Below are positions 17,754 to 27,315 of a stretch of DNA of 64,000 nt, piece after piece. The notes under the pieces are model-generated. The model was given only the letters and a program-made list of their open reading frames with translations. It was not told the DNA's origin and searched no databases. Numbering within the stretch: position 1 is the first letter of the stretch; every line of letters begins with the position of its first letter. The position numbers and the translations under genes were made by a program. This stretch comes from an uncultured virus (IMG/VR IMGVR_UViG_3300043438_001628) (taxonomy: Duplodnaviria > Heunggongvirae > Uroviricota > Caudoviricetes): IMG/VR virus record IMGVR_UViG_3300043438_001628; one strand, written 5' to 3'.

Positions 17754-19028
17754 TTATTTGCGCATCAGTTCTATGATTTTCTGTCTGTGGTATCTCGGCA
17801 GTTTTAGAAAGTCTTCCACACCAGTTGCCCATAGTTCAAGATCATTGCTCATGCCGTAGCTATCAGACCATTTCACAAGATCTTTTGCCACATCTCTAAT
17901 GTATTGCTTGCTCTCACCGGAGAAGTTTTTGTAACTGTCAGCTTCTTCTTCTCTCTTTGTCATTTTTAACACATGATGAATCAGATTCAATAATAACGCA
18001 ACGACATCGGGGGATACAAATACATCAAACACCAAATTGTATCTCTTTCGGTATGATTCTATTTTTTGGCCATTGGCCTGATACCTATCTCTATCCCCCA
18101 TATGTGCAACATCATACAAACTCATTTCAGGATGTTCCTCGATATCCCATTTGATATCGCTATTATCATAACTGATTTTTTTATCGACGTGTGGTAACAG
18201 AAGAGGAGCATAATGAACAGCTACTTTGTTAATGAATTTCTTGTATTTATACATTTCATTTTTCAAAGATGAATCTATGATGACGCTTCCCTCAGTGATG
18301 ATCTTTTCCAATACTTCCACCAAATAAGATTCTCTTTCAGCGTATTGCTTTTCTGAACTCTCTTTCCAATATCCGTCTGGGTCAAAGTCGGGATCTGGGT
18401 AACTCATGGTGTATAGGGAATTATACACATTGGAAATATATAACCAGATGTTATCTACAATGTATGTGAACGCATCGTCTTCTAATTTGATGCTGTACCC
18501 ATCTTTACCTATAAAAGGATAATCCGCATTTAAATAATCATATGCATCTGGAGGAGTTGTGTAAGACTCAATCGAATAATCCCGTATCAAATCGTAATAC
18601 TCTTTAACTGCCTTTTTAAATGCTTTGGAGTTATTAAACATCCAAAGGTGCGCCCATTCGTGAACAATGAGTTTGATTAGATAATCAGCGTTTTTGATCA
18701 TGTCAGCACCGATCACCATATATTTCCCTTTTTGAGATGCAAATCCCCCAACTCCACCTCCCGTGTTTTGATTTACACGTTGAGATAAATCGCGTATCAC
18801 TATATTGGAATGCATGGAAGAAAATCCCATTTTGGCTATGCTATTCCTAGCTTCTTTACACGCTTCCTGTAAACTGTTTTTATATGACTCTATCTGATCA
18901 GCGTTTGTTTGCGCTAGTTGTTTGTCAATGAAAATGGAAAACATAGGTACATCCATTAAATGAATGTGGTCTTTCCTATCTCTGAATCTAGATTCGTTGA
19001 GATGGTAAAATTGTTTAAATGGCAGCAT
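17754..19028 (-). CDS. Zincin-like metallopeptidase
   Basis: IVHEWAH plus distal YGMSNDLELWA. Confidence 0.6.
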   Translation of the reverse strand: MLPFKQFYHLNESRFRDRKDHIHLMDVPMFSIFIDKQLAQTNADQIESYKNSLQEACKEARNSIAKMGFSSMHSNIVIRDLSQRVNQNTGGGVGGFASQKGKYMVIGADMIKNADYLIKLIVHEWAHLWMFNNSKAFKKAVKEYYDLIRDYSIESYTTPPDAYDYLNADYPFIGKDGYSIKLEDDAFTYIVDNIWLYISNVYNSLYTMSYPDPDFDPDGYWKESSEKQYAERESYLVEVLEKIITEGSVIIDSSLKNEMYKYKKFINKVAVHYAPLLLPHVDKKISYDNSDIKWDIEEHPEMSLYDVAHMGDRDRYQANGQKIESYRKRYNLVFDVFVSPDVVALLLNLIHHVLKMTKREEEADSYKNFSGESKQYIRDVAKDLVKWSDSYGMSNDLELWATGVEDFLKLPRYHRQKIIELMRK

Positions 19029-19114
19029 GCATGTATTTAATTTTCAATAACCCCAATGCAATCAAAGTGATCAGAACCCAATCACTTTACGATAGATATA
19101 TTAAATAATATAAT

Positions 19115-19726
19115 ATGGAATCATTCAGCGTATTTTTCGAAAATTTGGGATTTAAACATGCCCAACCTGATAGCGCGAGATCTCAGAAAAAAAAGAAAAA
19201 ACTCGAAAACATCAGAGAAAAAGTCTCGAAGAATATAAAAGATATTCGGAATATATTAAAAACCATGGGATATAATTTAAAGAAGGCTGATTATAGTCAC
19301 ACTATACGAAAAAATAAATTAGTCGCAATTGAAAAAATCAGATGGTTGCCGCATGTTCCGAACTATAAGCAGAAGTATGTATCTGCTCTATTTACATTGG
19401 CTCATGAAACTGGGCATACCTTACAATGGGGAGACGATGACAAAAAAAAGTTTTTTGATTTTTTCTTTCAGAAAACATACTCAGCCAATGATGATACTGA
19501 AAAAATCAAATTAACGCATTTAAAGCAAATGTATTATGAAATTGATGCGTGGGTGTTGGGGTTGCAATTTATACCAGACTTTATGCGACCATCATATAAA
19601 GCATATGCAATAAGCAATCTTAGATCATATTCAGCCGCAAAACCCAAAGAAATCGTGTACTCTGATTATCCTTATCTAAAAGATGCGATGGATCAAATGA
19701 GAATCACAGACAGTGATCTTAACTGA
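19115..19726 (+). CDS. Zincin-like metallopeptidase
   Basis: LAHETGH...EIDAW. Confidence 0.6.
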   Translation: MESFSVFFENLGFKHAQPDSARSQKKKKKLENIREKVSKNIKDIRNILKTMGYNLKKADYSHTIRKNKLVAIEKIRWLPHVPNYKQKYVSALFTLAHETGHTLQWGDDDKKKFFDFFFQKTYSANDDTEKIKLTHLKQMYYEIDAWVLGLQFIPDFMRPSYKAYAISNLRSYSAAKPKEIVYSDYPYLKDAMDQMRITDSDLN

Positions 19727-19744
19727 TCACATGGCATTGAAGTA

Positions 19745-19876
19745 AAACCGTAAAAAATACAAAAAAAAATATTTTTTGATAGGGGGCCTTTAGGAGAAAA
19801 CTGTAAAAAATAGTAAAAATATTTTTTGATAGGAGGGCTTTAGGAGAAAACTGTAAAAAATAGTAAAAATATTTTT
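19745..19876. repeat. 50-bp tandem repeat (about 2.6 copies) with A/T tracts
   Basis: attttttgatagg..ggc.ttaggagaaaactgtaaaaaatagtaaaaat recurs at 19771 and 19821, partially at 19871. Confidence 0.9.
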
Positions 19877-20054
19877 CCATGGCCGCCCCGACATATGTCG
19901 AAGTTATGTCATACATAACCAAATCATAACATGGAGTTATGGCATATCTCATCACATGTGTAGAAGACATGCCATATCTCACGACACATCTACAGCACAA
20001 CTCCCCCATCCCGCACAGACATGCACAGGACAGGGGAGATGTGTCAGAGATATC

Positions 20055-20264
20055 TCAGGAGATAGGGCGGAAGTTAGTGAATGCAACTTCCGCTCCCCCC
20101 TTATGGGCAAGCGTGACTCCTTCAAATCGGAGTTCGGTTGCATGTCTTGCTTTAGTTAAAGCTGTCATAGCCTCATGCATAGTCCAGTGAGTGGACATGA
20201 TAACTTCCGCGCCCGTTTCTGGACAGATTGAAACCAATTCGATATCGTTCATGTTCATCTTCAT
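20055..20264 (-). CDS. Hypothetical protein
   Basis: 69-aa ORF in the minus-strand run. Confidence 0.45.
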   Translation of the reverse strand: MKMNMNDIELVSICPETGAEVIMSTHWTMHEAMTALTKARHATELRFEGVTLAHKGGAEVAFTNFRPIS

Positions 20265-20379
20265 GATATGTTAAAAGTTAAACCAATGGTGGATATAGAT
20301 AGGGTTGTTGTCGAGATAAATGACAACCGCCAGAAAGGCGATGACAGCAAATAGTTTTTTCACAGTTGTATCAAAGATA

Positions 20380-20416
20380 GGGCGGAGATATAGAAATAAT
20401 ATCTATATCTCCGCCC
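20380..20416. terminator. GC-rich inverted repeat
   Basis: gggcggagatataga...tctatatctccgccc directly after the stop of 20427..20804. Confidence 0.6.
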
Positions 20417-20426
20417 GTGGTTCAAT

Positions 20427-20804
20427 TTAGCGCCCGCCCATACCGACAAGGCGCAAGAAAGCCTCGTCTTGCGCCACGCAAAACCCGCGTGCCGCTTGGC
20501 TTTCTTTGGCCCCTAGCAGGGCCATGGCAGCCTTTGCAGAGTCTTCCCAAGAGAGAGACCCGGCAGAGACGCGGGACTCAAAAAAAGACCCGCTTTTCCA
20601 TCCATTCCGGGCGGGTTGCGAAGGGAGCATAAGAGGCTCCCCGTCTAGTAAATACCCGTCCCCGTCGTATTTCAAAACGACTTCACAGTAGACCCCGCTT
20701 TCCGGGTGGGCATCCCCTTGAATGGTGATCGAATCGCCCCGCCGCATCGTAACATGGCGATTGGCAAGAGTGGCGAAGCGGGCGATAGAAACGAAGGATT
20801 TCAT
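20427..20804 (-). CDS. Hypothetical protein
   Basis: 125-aa ORF between two hairpins. Confidence 0.55.
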   Translation of the reverse strand: MKSFVSIARFATLANRHVTMRRGDSITIQGDAHPESGVYCEVVLKYDGDGYLLDGEPLMLPSQPARNGWKSGSFFESRVSAGSLSWEDSAKAAMALLGAKESQAARGFCVAQDEAFLRLVGMGGR

Positions 20805-20842
20805 GATAAGAGAGAAGAGAGAAGAGAGAAGAGAGAAGAAAA

Positions 20843-20867
20843 GCGGGCGGATAACTTATCCGCCCGC
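20843..20867 (-). terminator. Hairpin gcgggcggataa-c-ttatccgcccgc followed by a pyrimidine tract
   Basis: Perfect inverted repeat, then ttttcttctctc repeats on the minus strand. Confidence 0.65.
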
Positions 20868-20877
20868 CCTAATAGGG

Positions 20878-21201
20878 TTAAGGTAACTTACCTTGCCACG
20901 GGACACCCATGCCTTTGCACCATTCGTAACGATTTTTATATTCCAATAGTTTATCCACTAACACTTGGATATGCCAGTCTAGACATTGATAAAATTCATG
21001 ATTTGTTCCCGGCCACTCCCCCATGTAAAATGACCAGATATCTTTTTCCATACCCTCAAGCTCTACTGCTTGTCCGCCATAGATATGCTTAGTGATGATA
21101 CGCTTTCCATCTAATGTATAGATACGCGTTCCATAAGCGTATCCGGTATCGACTCGCGATAGTGTCACGATTGCATTACCTGATTTGATATCTTTTTGCA
21201 T
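20878..21201 (-). CDS. Hypothetical protein
   Basis: 107-aa ORF with alternative start. Confidence 0.5.
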   Translation of the reverse strand: MQKDIKSGNAIVTLSRVDTGYAYGTRIYTLDGKRIITKHIYGGQAVELEGMEKDIWSFYMGEWPGTNHEFYQCLDWHIQVLVDKLLEYKNRYEWCKGMGVPWQGKLP

Positions 21202-21225
21202 CTTATCTTCTATGGTTAAAGTTAA

Positions 21226-21256
21226 GGGGCGGCTGGATAACTTATCCAGCCGCCCC
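21226..21256 (-). terminator. Hairpin ggggcggctggataa-c-ttatccagccgcccc
   Basis: Perfect inverted repeat sharing the ggataacttatcc core with the 20843 hairpin. Confidence 0.6.
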
Positions 21257-21267
21257 GGTTTACTTAT

Positions 21268-21600
21268 TTACTTACCGTATTTTTCGATAAGTGCCTTTGC
21301 TTCGGCAATTTGCTTATCGATCTTAATTTGCGCCCTCTTAGCGGCGAAGTCTTCCGCCATAGCGGCGAACCTATCATTGCCGTCGCTATCATAGCGGTTA
21401 GCCATAGCAACCGCGATAATGATATTCGCGGCTTCCATGTCATTTTTAAGTCCGATATCCACTTTGATATCTTGGACCGTTGCCTTATCCTCTGGATAGA
21501 GGACAATGGGATGTTGCTTAGTCACCTTCCGCTCAGTTACCGCGTCGGCGGTAACATTGTTGTTATTGGCGGCGGTGGTGGCGGTGTCGTTGTCTTGCAT
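21268..21600 (-). CDS. Hypothetical protein
   Basis: 110-aa ORF, first gene after the sigma70-type promoter. Confidence 0.6.
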   Translation of the reverse strand: MQDNDTATTAANNNNVTADAVTERKVTKQHPIVLYPEDKATVQDIKVDIGLKNDMEAANIIIAVAMANRYDSDGNDRFAAMAEDFAAKRAQIKIDKQIAEAKALIEKYGK

Positions 21601-21825
21601 AGTATTCTATTCTAACTTAACTAGGCTCACTATTTCATCGGACTTGCCACCGACTTATATCACACGATATAAGGTTAGTTTATAGTGCTTCACTTTATGT
21701 CCGAAAAGTGAAGTAGTTTGTCACCTATCCAAGGGCGGGGCCGTCGCGAGTCAATCGGCCTTTACGCTAGCGCGGGAGGGTTTGGACCTCCGGGCGGGCG
21801 GACCCCGCTGCGCGCTGACGGGGCC

Positions 21826-21855
21826 AATATAGGCAGGGCCGGGAATGAATGTCAA
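21826..21855 (-). promoter_or_regulatory. Sigma70-type promoter
   Basis: TTGACA-N18-TATATT on the minus strand. Confidence 0.65.
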
Positions 21856-21891
21856 CCCACAAAGGAAAGAATTCCGAAAGATTTTCCTACG

Positions 21892-22093
21892 AATAAAACG
21901 TTAAGCGCGAGCGCAGGGCCGAGTGGTTCCTAACGTTTTATTATTCCCCTCCCGTGCTAACGTTTTACTATTCGATTTTGGATCAATAAAACGTTAGAGA
22001 TCATGCCCGCGCTAACGTTTTATTGATCCCCCCTAACGTTTTATTGATGAAATGAGGGGGAGGCTATCACTAACCTCCCCCTAACGTTTTATT
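21892..22093. repeat. Array of seven AATAAAACGTTA-type boxes in both orientations
   Basis: Copies at 21892 (inverted), 21931, 21958, 21985 (inverted), 22013, 22034, 22082. Confidence 0.9.
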
Positions 22094-22442
22094 ACTGGTT
22101 CCGAACCAGCGATTTGCACCCGATCACTTGTCCCGAGATATCACGGATCAAGGCTCCCGGACTATAAACATCCTTTCTATCAGGAACCGCGAGCCTAACC
22201 ATAGTGCTAACAATGAAACCGACATCGGAGATACTATCAGGAAGACCCTGAACTTCACCAATGATGTCAGCGGTGAATTCGATATTGCCAACCTTGCCAA
22301 GTTCATTAAGAACTGTGGCGCGGCTGCTATCATCAGGCGTGATATCAATACGGGCGATCTTACCGCTGGGAGCGAAAACAAAGTTTTCGCCCATAGAGTT
22401 GAGGATCGAGACGGCGTGAGGAGTAAGGTTGATCAGTTGCAT
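22092..22442 (-). CDS. Phage hypothetical protein (INLTPH family)
   Basis: MQLINLTPH...GLPD...FIVS...RKDVYSPG. Confidence 0.7.
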   Translation of the reverse strand: MQLINLTPHAVSILNSMGENFVFAPSGKIARIDITPDDSSRATVLNELGKVGNIEFTADIIGEVQGLPDSISDVGFIVSTMVRLAVPDRKDVYSPGALIRDISGQVIGCKSLVRNQ

Positions 22443-22740
22443 CGACGCCAGCTTACCTTAACGTTTTATTAATAGAAGAGGGTAACGTTTTATTAATACG
22501 AATCCAGCCACAAGCCGTTTGTGGACCCACAACTCGTTTAATAATATTATTATAAAAATAATACCAAGGCGAAAATATAGGAAGCTCGATGATATATATA
22601 CCATCGAGCTTCCGTTGTGTATGGATTATCTATCGGCTGAACTCGTGTGCGAGTGCATCAATAGCTTCATCGGGACCGTCAACAGGGATTGTGATTTGCA
22701 TCATGGGTAGTATACTCTAACGTTTTATTACTGGAAAAGA

Positions 22741-22815
22741 TGGTGGGATCATCGGGACTTGAACCCGAAACTTACAGATTAAAAGTCTGCCATTCTACCA
22801 TTGAATTATGATCCC
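22741..22815 (-). tRNA. tRNA-Lys(TTT), second copy
   Basis: gcaga-ctTTTaa-tctgt, CCA end. Confidence 0.93.
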
Positions 22816-22831
22816 TTTTTATTAAGAAAAT

Positions 22832-22906
22832 TGGCAGGTCGTAGAGGAATCGAACCTCTATTGATTGCTTAGAAGGCAACAGTCCTATCCTTTAGACGAA
22901 CGACCC
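22832..22906 (-). tRNA. tRNA-Arg(TCT), second copy
   Basis: ttgc-ctTCTaa-gcaa, GCCA end. Confidence 0.9.
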
Positions 22907-23045
22907 ATTGATGAATTATCTATATATAGCCACAATAGCCGCTATGTGTTTTATAGGATTTATTATAACTTGTCAGAACGATAAGTTTGTGGTCTCAACA
23001 AAGAAATAATAATCTCCCGAACTCGGCGATTTAAAGATATCAAGC

Positions 23046-23071
23046 AGGCAGTTTATTGAGATGCCCAGCTC
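23046..23071 (-). ncRNA. Repeated 3'-UTR pseudoknot motif GAGCTGGGCATCTCAATAAACTGCCY (copy 1 of 6)
   Basis: Other copies at 25907-25932, 26680-26706, 27271-27297, 31813-31838, 48038-48063. Confidence 0.7.
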
Positions 23072-23077
23072 ACACCA

Positions 23078-23260
23078 CTAACCGATAAGTTTATTAATAG
23101 CTTGGAGACAAGCTTCGCGGGTATTCTTCCCGGTGATTTTCTTAGCAGCTTGAAAGACTTGATTGCGCGAGCTGCGCATCCCGGTTTCGATCTCAAGCTT
23201 GAGACCACGGGCGATAACTTTCAGGCGGTAGGTTTCGATGTCAGCAGGATCGGTGAGCAT
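23078..23260 (-). CDS. Hypothetical protein
   Basis: 60 aa; box promoter upstream, pseudoknot downstream. Confidence 0.7.
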   Translation of the reverse strand: MLTDPADIETYRLKVIARGLKLEIETGMRSSRNQVFQAAKKITGKNTREACLQAINKLIG

Positions 23261-23293
23261 GGCAACAGTTTACTCTAACGTTTTATTGATAAA

Positions 23294-23581
23294 TCAGATG
23301 CGCTCTTCACACATACAAGCGCCTTCAACTTCCTTACAAGAGCGGCAAGTCCATTCCTCTTCTTCTTCGTCCTCTTCTTCATCATCAGTTGAAGAGATAC
23401 CAAGCACCTCACAGCATCTATAAATAGCATCAATCACTGTGCTATCATCAAGCTTTCCGATAATTTCATCGAAGCTGATACCATACTCATCAATAGCCTG
23501 TTCAACAATAGAGTTGCGGCAACCGGGATAGATATCAAACCCAATCTTAGAAAGCTCTTGTTTCTTCTCGAAATTATTCAT
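23294..23581 (-). CDS. Hypothetical protein with acidic and Cys-rich tail
   Basis: Likely start MNNFEKK; C-terminal CRSC...CMC. Confidence 0.55.
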   Translation of the reverse strand: MNNFEKKQELSKIGFDIYPGCRNSIVEQAIDEYGISFDEIIGKLDDSTVIDAIYRCCEVLGISSTDDEEEDEEEEEWTCRSCKEVEGACMCEERI

Positions 23582-24101
23582 ACTTTTCTTCTTCTTTGTT
23601 TTCTGATTCAAGTGCGGGTGGAAGAGTGATGCTTTGGAAGCTATCATGAATCTCATTCACAACATCATCAACATTCTTCCACCCGCTGTAAACACCAATC
23701 AGTAATTCTTTAATTTTCTCCTTCGTCATAAAGTTCATTCATTGCCATCTCATGCATGGCGAGCAACTCCAGTGTATCAAGCAAGGCGAGGTTGTCAAGG
23801 TCGGGCATGGCACAATCCTACCCTAACGTTTTATTAATAGATGCTGGGAGGGGTGGGCGGAATCCCCGCCGATGGGTCGCAGGGAATCGCCGTTTCTTGC
23901 CCCCTAGCATCGACGAGAATCGACGATTGAAAGCTTCCGCTATCATCACCCCGGAGAGATCACCGATCGTTTCTAGGGGCATCCTAGAGCCTCGCCGAAA
24001 ATGCCGTGGGAACTGGGGGCTAACGTTTTATTAATAGAATCGAAATGGAAAAAAATAAGGGCGGGGGACTTGACATCCCCCGCCCCGGTGTTAGTTATAC
24101 T

Positions 24102-25622
24102 TTACTCTTCAACCGCATTGCCCCGCTTGGTAGGAACATCGGTGATATGAATAAGAGTGTTCTTCGCTCTGGTAATAGCGACATATGCCAGATTATCCTC
24201 TTGGACTTTCATCCAATCCATAACTGCATACTTACTGGGCTGGAACTGAGCCATGCCAAGAATAAAGCAGCGGTCGAATTCAAGCCCCTTGCTCTTATGA
24301 ATAGAACTGAGGGTAACGACATTGGGAACATTGTAATCGTCATTATCGCTGAACATGTCAGAGATAAGCTTGCGCAAGCTGTTGAGATCATGTTTACCAA
24401 GGCTCTGGCAACGCTCAATAAGAATGATCATGGTTTCATACTTATCTTCGAGATTGGCAAGCTTAGCGCCCTTGGCCTTGTCCATCTCCCGATTGAAATG
24501 GTTTTGAAGTCGCAGGGTGAAAGTAGCAAGATCATTCACTTTCCACTTATTGGTAAGAGTGACAAGGTTCTTGCCGATGTCTTTCCCCTCAATACGGCAA
24601 CCGATACCCTGCCGAATAAGAGAGAAAGCAAGAGAGACAAGCGGGGCATTGTTACGGCAGATCACGCCGTCGCTCTTATTAAGACCAAGACCCTCGGCAG
24701 TCTTAATAAACTCATCATATTTCATATTGCTGATGGTGCCAGCGCCATTGCTTTCAAAGGCAACAATGTCGGGAACATATTGCTGAGCCGCTTTAATGAT
24801 ATCATGCCCGCAGCGATAGCAAACGCTAAGAGGCAGCTCGACAGCATTAAACATATCCTTGATAAGATTCATGCTATCGTTTTCCGCTCCGGTGAAACCA
24901 TAAATAGCTTGTCCCGGATCACCAATAGCGAGAAGGCGACCTTTATCACCGAGCAGCTTATTCATCATAAGCTTACGAACGACATTGGTATCTTGGGCTT
25001 CATCAACAATAACCCAGTCATACTTGGTGAAGGTATGATCAAAAAGCAGGGGAAGATAAATCATATCGTCGAAGTCGATATTCTTAACATCGCGATTATT
25101 AAGAACCAGAACTTGCTTACAGACTTCAATAAGATCAGCGATATCAATATCCATGTCGATATCAATATCCTGATGCTTGATGATATTAACCCAAGCGTCG
25201 GTGTCATCAATAGATGGGCAACCCTCAATCCCAAAGCCACTGTTCTTAGCAAAAGAAACAAGCTTCATGATAGTGCTACGGCTCTTCATAAGCGGGCCGC
25301 TTTCGGTGAAAAGCTGAACGATATTATAAACCTTGCCAGTGAAAACCTTAGCGCCGGGCTTATTCTTAAGAAAGACTTTCATGCCTTCGCTGTGAAAAGT
25401 AGCGGCAGCGGCATGGGGGCAACCCATAGTGGCAAGGCGAGATTGAAGCTCAACGACAATCTTCTTATTGAATGCCAGCATAAGAACATTGCCAGACATT
25501 CTAGTAATACCCTGAATGGCGGTGGTAGTTTTACCGCTGCCAGCCTTGGCATTAACAATGGCATTGCCGACGCCGTTCTCAATCCAGTTGAAAATGTCGA
25601 TCTGATAATTGCTAGGGGTCAT
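24102..25622 (-). CDS. SF1 UvrD/Rep-like helicase
   Basis: AKAGSGKTT, VDEAQD, GDPGQAIYGF, CYRC, SIHKSKGLEF, YVAITRA. Confidence 0.92.
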   Translation of the reverse strand: MTPSNYQIDIFNWIENGVGNAIVNAKAGSGKTTTAIQGITRMSGNVLMLAFNKKIVVELQSRLATMGCPHAAAATFHSEGMKVFLKNKPGAKVFTGKVYNIVQLFTESGPLMKSRSTIMKLVSFAKNSGFGIEGCPSIDDTDAWVNIIKHQDIDIDMDIDIADLIEVCKQVLVLNNRDVKNIDFDDMIYLPLLFDHTFTKYDWVIVDEAQDTNVVRKLMMNKLLGDKGRLLAIGDPGQAIYGFTGAENDSMNLIKDMFNAVELPLSVCYRCGHDIIKAAQQYVPDIVAFESNGAGTISNMKYDEFIKTAEGLGLNKSDGVICRNNAPLVSLAFSLIRQGIGCRIEGKDIGKNLVTLTNKWKVNDLATFTLRLQNHFNREMDKAKGAKLANLEDKYETMIILIERCQSLGKHDLNSLRKLISDMFSDNDDYNVPNVVTLSSIHKSKGLEFDRCFILGMAQFQPSKYAVMDWMKVQEDNLAYVAITRAKNTLIHITDVPTKRGNAVEE

Positions 25623-25941
25623 AATAAGTGGGTGGTGGTGGTTATTGGCAAGCTACCGTCGCTTGCTGGCACCATCTTAGTCTAACGTTTTATTGAGATT
25701 CTCCGCTCTTTTTTTCTTAATAAAAGCGGAGTGCGTTCTCTTCAATAATCATACCCTAACGTTTTATTATTGGATTTTGTTTGGAAAGATTAATAAAACG
25801 TTGCCCATCGAAATATCAATAAAAAAACGATGATCGCTCTAGGGAGAAATCGACTTTAATCGTTGATAAATCAAGCTTTCAGAAAATTCTCTAACAGAAA
25901 ATAAATGGGCAGTTTATTGAGTTGCCCAGCTCTTTGTTTAT

Positions 25942-26640
25942 TCACTCCGGTTCCACCACAAAACCAGAAGCGTCTTTCTTAGCTTTACCCTTCTCAACAA
26001 GTCCAACAATAACACCCTTGGGATCAAGAAAGCGAAGATCATTCTCATCCCCATTAATAACTTTCTTGCCCTTGTAAGTATCGGGAAGTTTACCACGGAA
26101 AACAACCGCAACATTTCCCCCGCAACTCATAACAATATCGGCGTGGGTTTGATTATTTTCGCTGCGGGAGAAAGTAAGATGGTAATTCTTAGGGAATTTA
26201 CCATTAATGAAATTCAACATACGACGGGGAATTTTCGTATAATCATAAAAGCTGACATCAGGAAACATTTCCATGATGGTCTGATTATTAATAGTAATCT
26301 TCTCCCATGCAATATCACTAGTGAGATTAAGACGGAAGGCGGGCGTCATATTATTTTTCTTGGCCTTCTTGATTGCACTCTGGATTTCCTTAACAAGAGC
26401 GTTAAGAAAATTACCACGATCTTCAAAGAACATTTTTGTTTTCTTAATACGAGCAGCTTGAACCGTGCTATAAGCTCCCATGCCAGCGGTATTAAGACAA
26501 GCGGCAGCGCAACCCTTACTAGCAGCAATGCAAGTATTATAACCAGAAAGCTTATGAGGTGCGAGATGAATGCCAGCGGTTTTAAAGCCGGATTTTTCGC
26601 CTTTGCGGATTTTCGTATTTGAGGTGGAGAGAAGAGGCAT
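25942..26640 (-). CDS. GP88-like protein
   Basis: C...GCAAACL, RLNLTSD, FYDYTK, YHLTFS, GDENDLRFLD. Confidence 0.7.
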   Translation of the reverse strand: MPLLSTSNTKIRKGEKSGFKTAGIHLAPHKLSGYNTCIAASKGCAAACLNTAGMGAYSTVQAARIKKTKMFFEDRGNFLNALVKEIQSAIKKAKKNNMTPAFRLNLTSDIAWEKITINNQTIMEMFPDVSFYDYTKIPRRMLNFINGKFPKNYHLTFSRSENNQTHADIVMSCGGNVAVVFRGKLPDTYKGKKVINGDENDLRFLDPKGVIVGLVEKGKAKKDASGFVVEPE

Positions 26641-26717
26641 GGGGGTAGTCTAGCTTAACGTTTTATTGAGAGAATGGACGGGCAGTTTAATGAGAATGCC
26701 CAGCTCGATTCTATTGA

Positions 26718-27227
26718 TCAGCCTTCGACCAATTCATTATAGTCTTCCGTGCCGAGAATATTATCGGCGCTGACAGTGAAACACTCAAGAGGCTTTTCTT
26801 CTGGATTAAGAAGTTTATTAGCTTCTGAGGGAGTAAGATAGCTTGCAAAGGTAACTTTATCCACTTCGCCATTATTAACAAAATACTTAACCTTCGGAGT
26901 ATTAGCAGCAGAAGGATAAAGGCGAATGTATTCCTTTTCCTTGTGGGTGATTACATAAGGAAAGCTTTTCCATTCTCCCCATGGAAGACTTTGAACTTCC
27001 CCGCGCTCTCCATTAGCAATACCTTCTTTAACACTAGAAAGATTGGCGAAGTCAATACCAGCACGAACCACGGCATTCGTAACTTTTTCGAGGATAACAC
27101 CCGCTTTCTTATGAGATGCGGCAGGAGTAGGATTCGACTTCCAAAAAACCTTAACAAAGTTTCCTTTGCAATTAAGAATCTTTTCAGTGATTTGAACGGC
27201 GGTGAGCGATTGAGTATTGGTTTGCAT
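26718..27227 (-). CDS. Hypothetical protein
   Basis: 169 aa; box promoter upstream, pseudoknot downstream. Confidence 0.75.
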   Translation of the reverse strand: MQTNTQSLTAVQITEKILNCKGNFVKVFWKSNPTPAASHKKAGVILEKVTNAVVRAGIDFANLSSVKEGIANGERGEVQSLPWGEWKSFPYVITHKEKEYIRLYPSAANTPKVKYFVNNGEVDKVTFASYLTPSEANKLLNPEEKPLECFTVSADNILGTEDYNELVEG

Positions 27228-27315
27228 GACGATGATGATGGTAGCTTAACGTTTTATTGAGAAAATGAGGGGGTAGTTTATTGAGAATACCCAGCTCGTT
27301 TTTATTCTTTACTTT

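Larger units (their letters stand above)
8315..19107. promoter_or_regulatory. Late-promoter-like TTAAATA motif 5-9 nt upstream of most starts in this block
   Basis: Seen before 8308(-), 8377, 9550, 10900(-), 10935, 11716, 12247, 12795(-), 13669(-), 14203(-), 14244, 17717(-), 19028(-), 19115, and also 227, 39776, 55886(-); resembles the T4 late promoter TATAAATA. Confidence 0.8.

Noticed and set aside
20809..20840. (AGAGAAG)n microsatellite as a phase-variation switch
   Set aside because: Non-coding, about four units, no evidence of length variation; explained as the pyrimidine tract after a hairpin
21892..22093. Possible CRISPR array
   Set aside because: Repeats are only 12 bp, in mixed orientation and irregularly spaced; they match the dispersed promoter box and no cas gene is present
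23840..24010. Intergenic inverted repeat (cccctag/ctagggg) as an ncRNA
   Set aside because: Pairing is weak and similarity to 25810-25870 is too loose to support a call
24045..25685. 546-aa + strand ORF
   Set aside because: Antisense shadow of the UvrD helicase, with no motifs of its own
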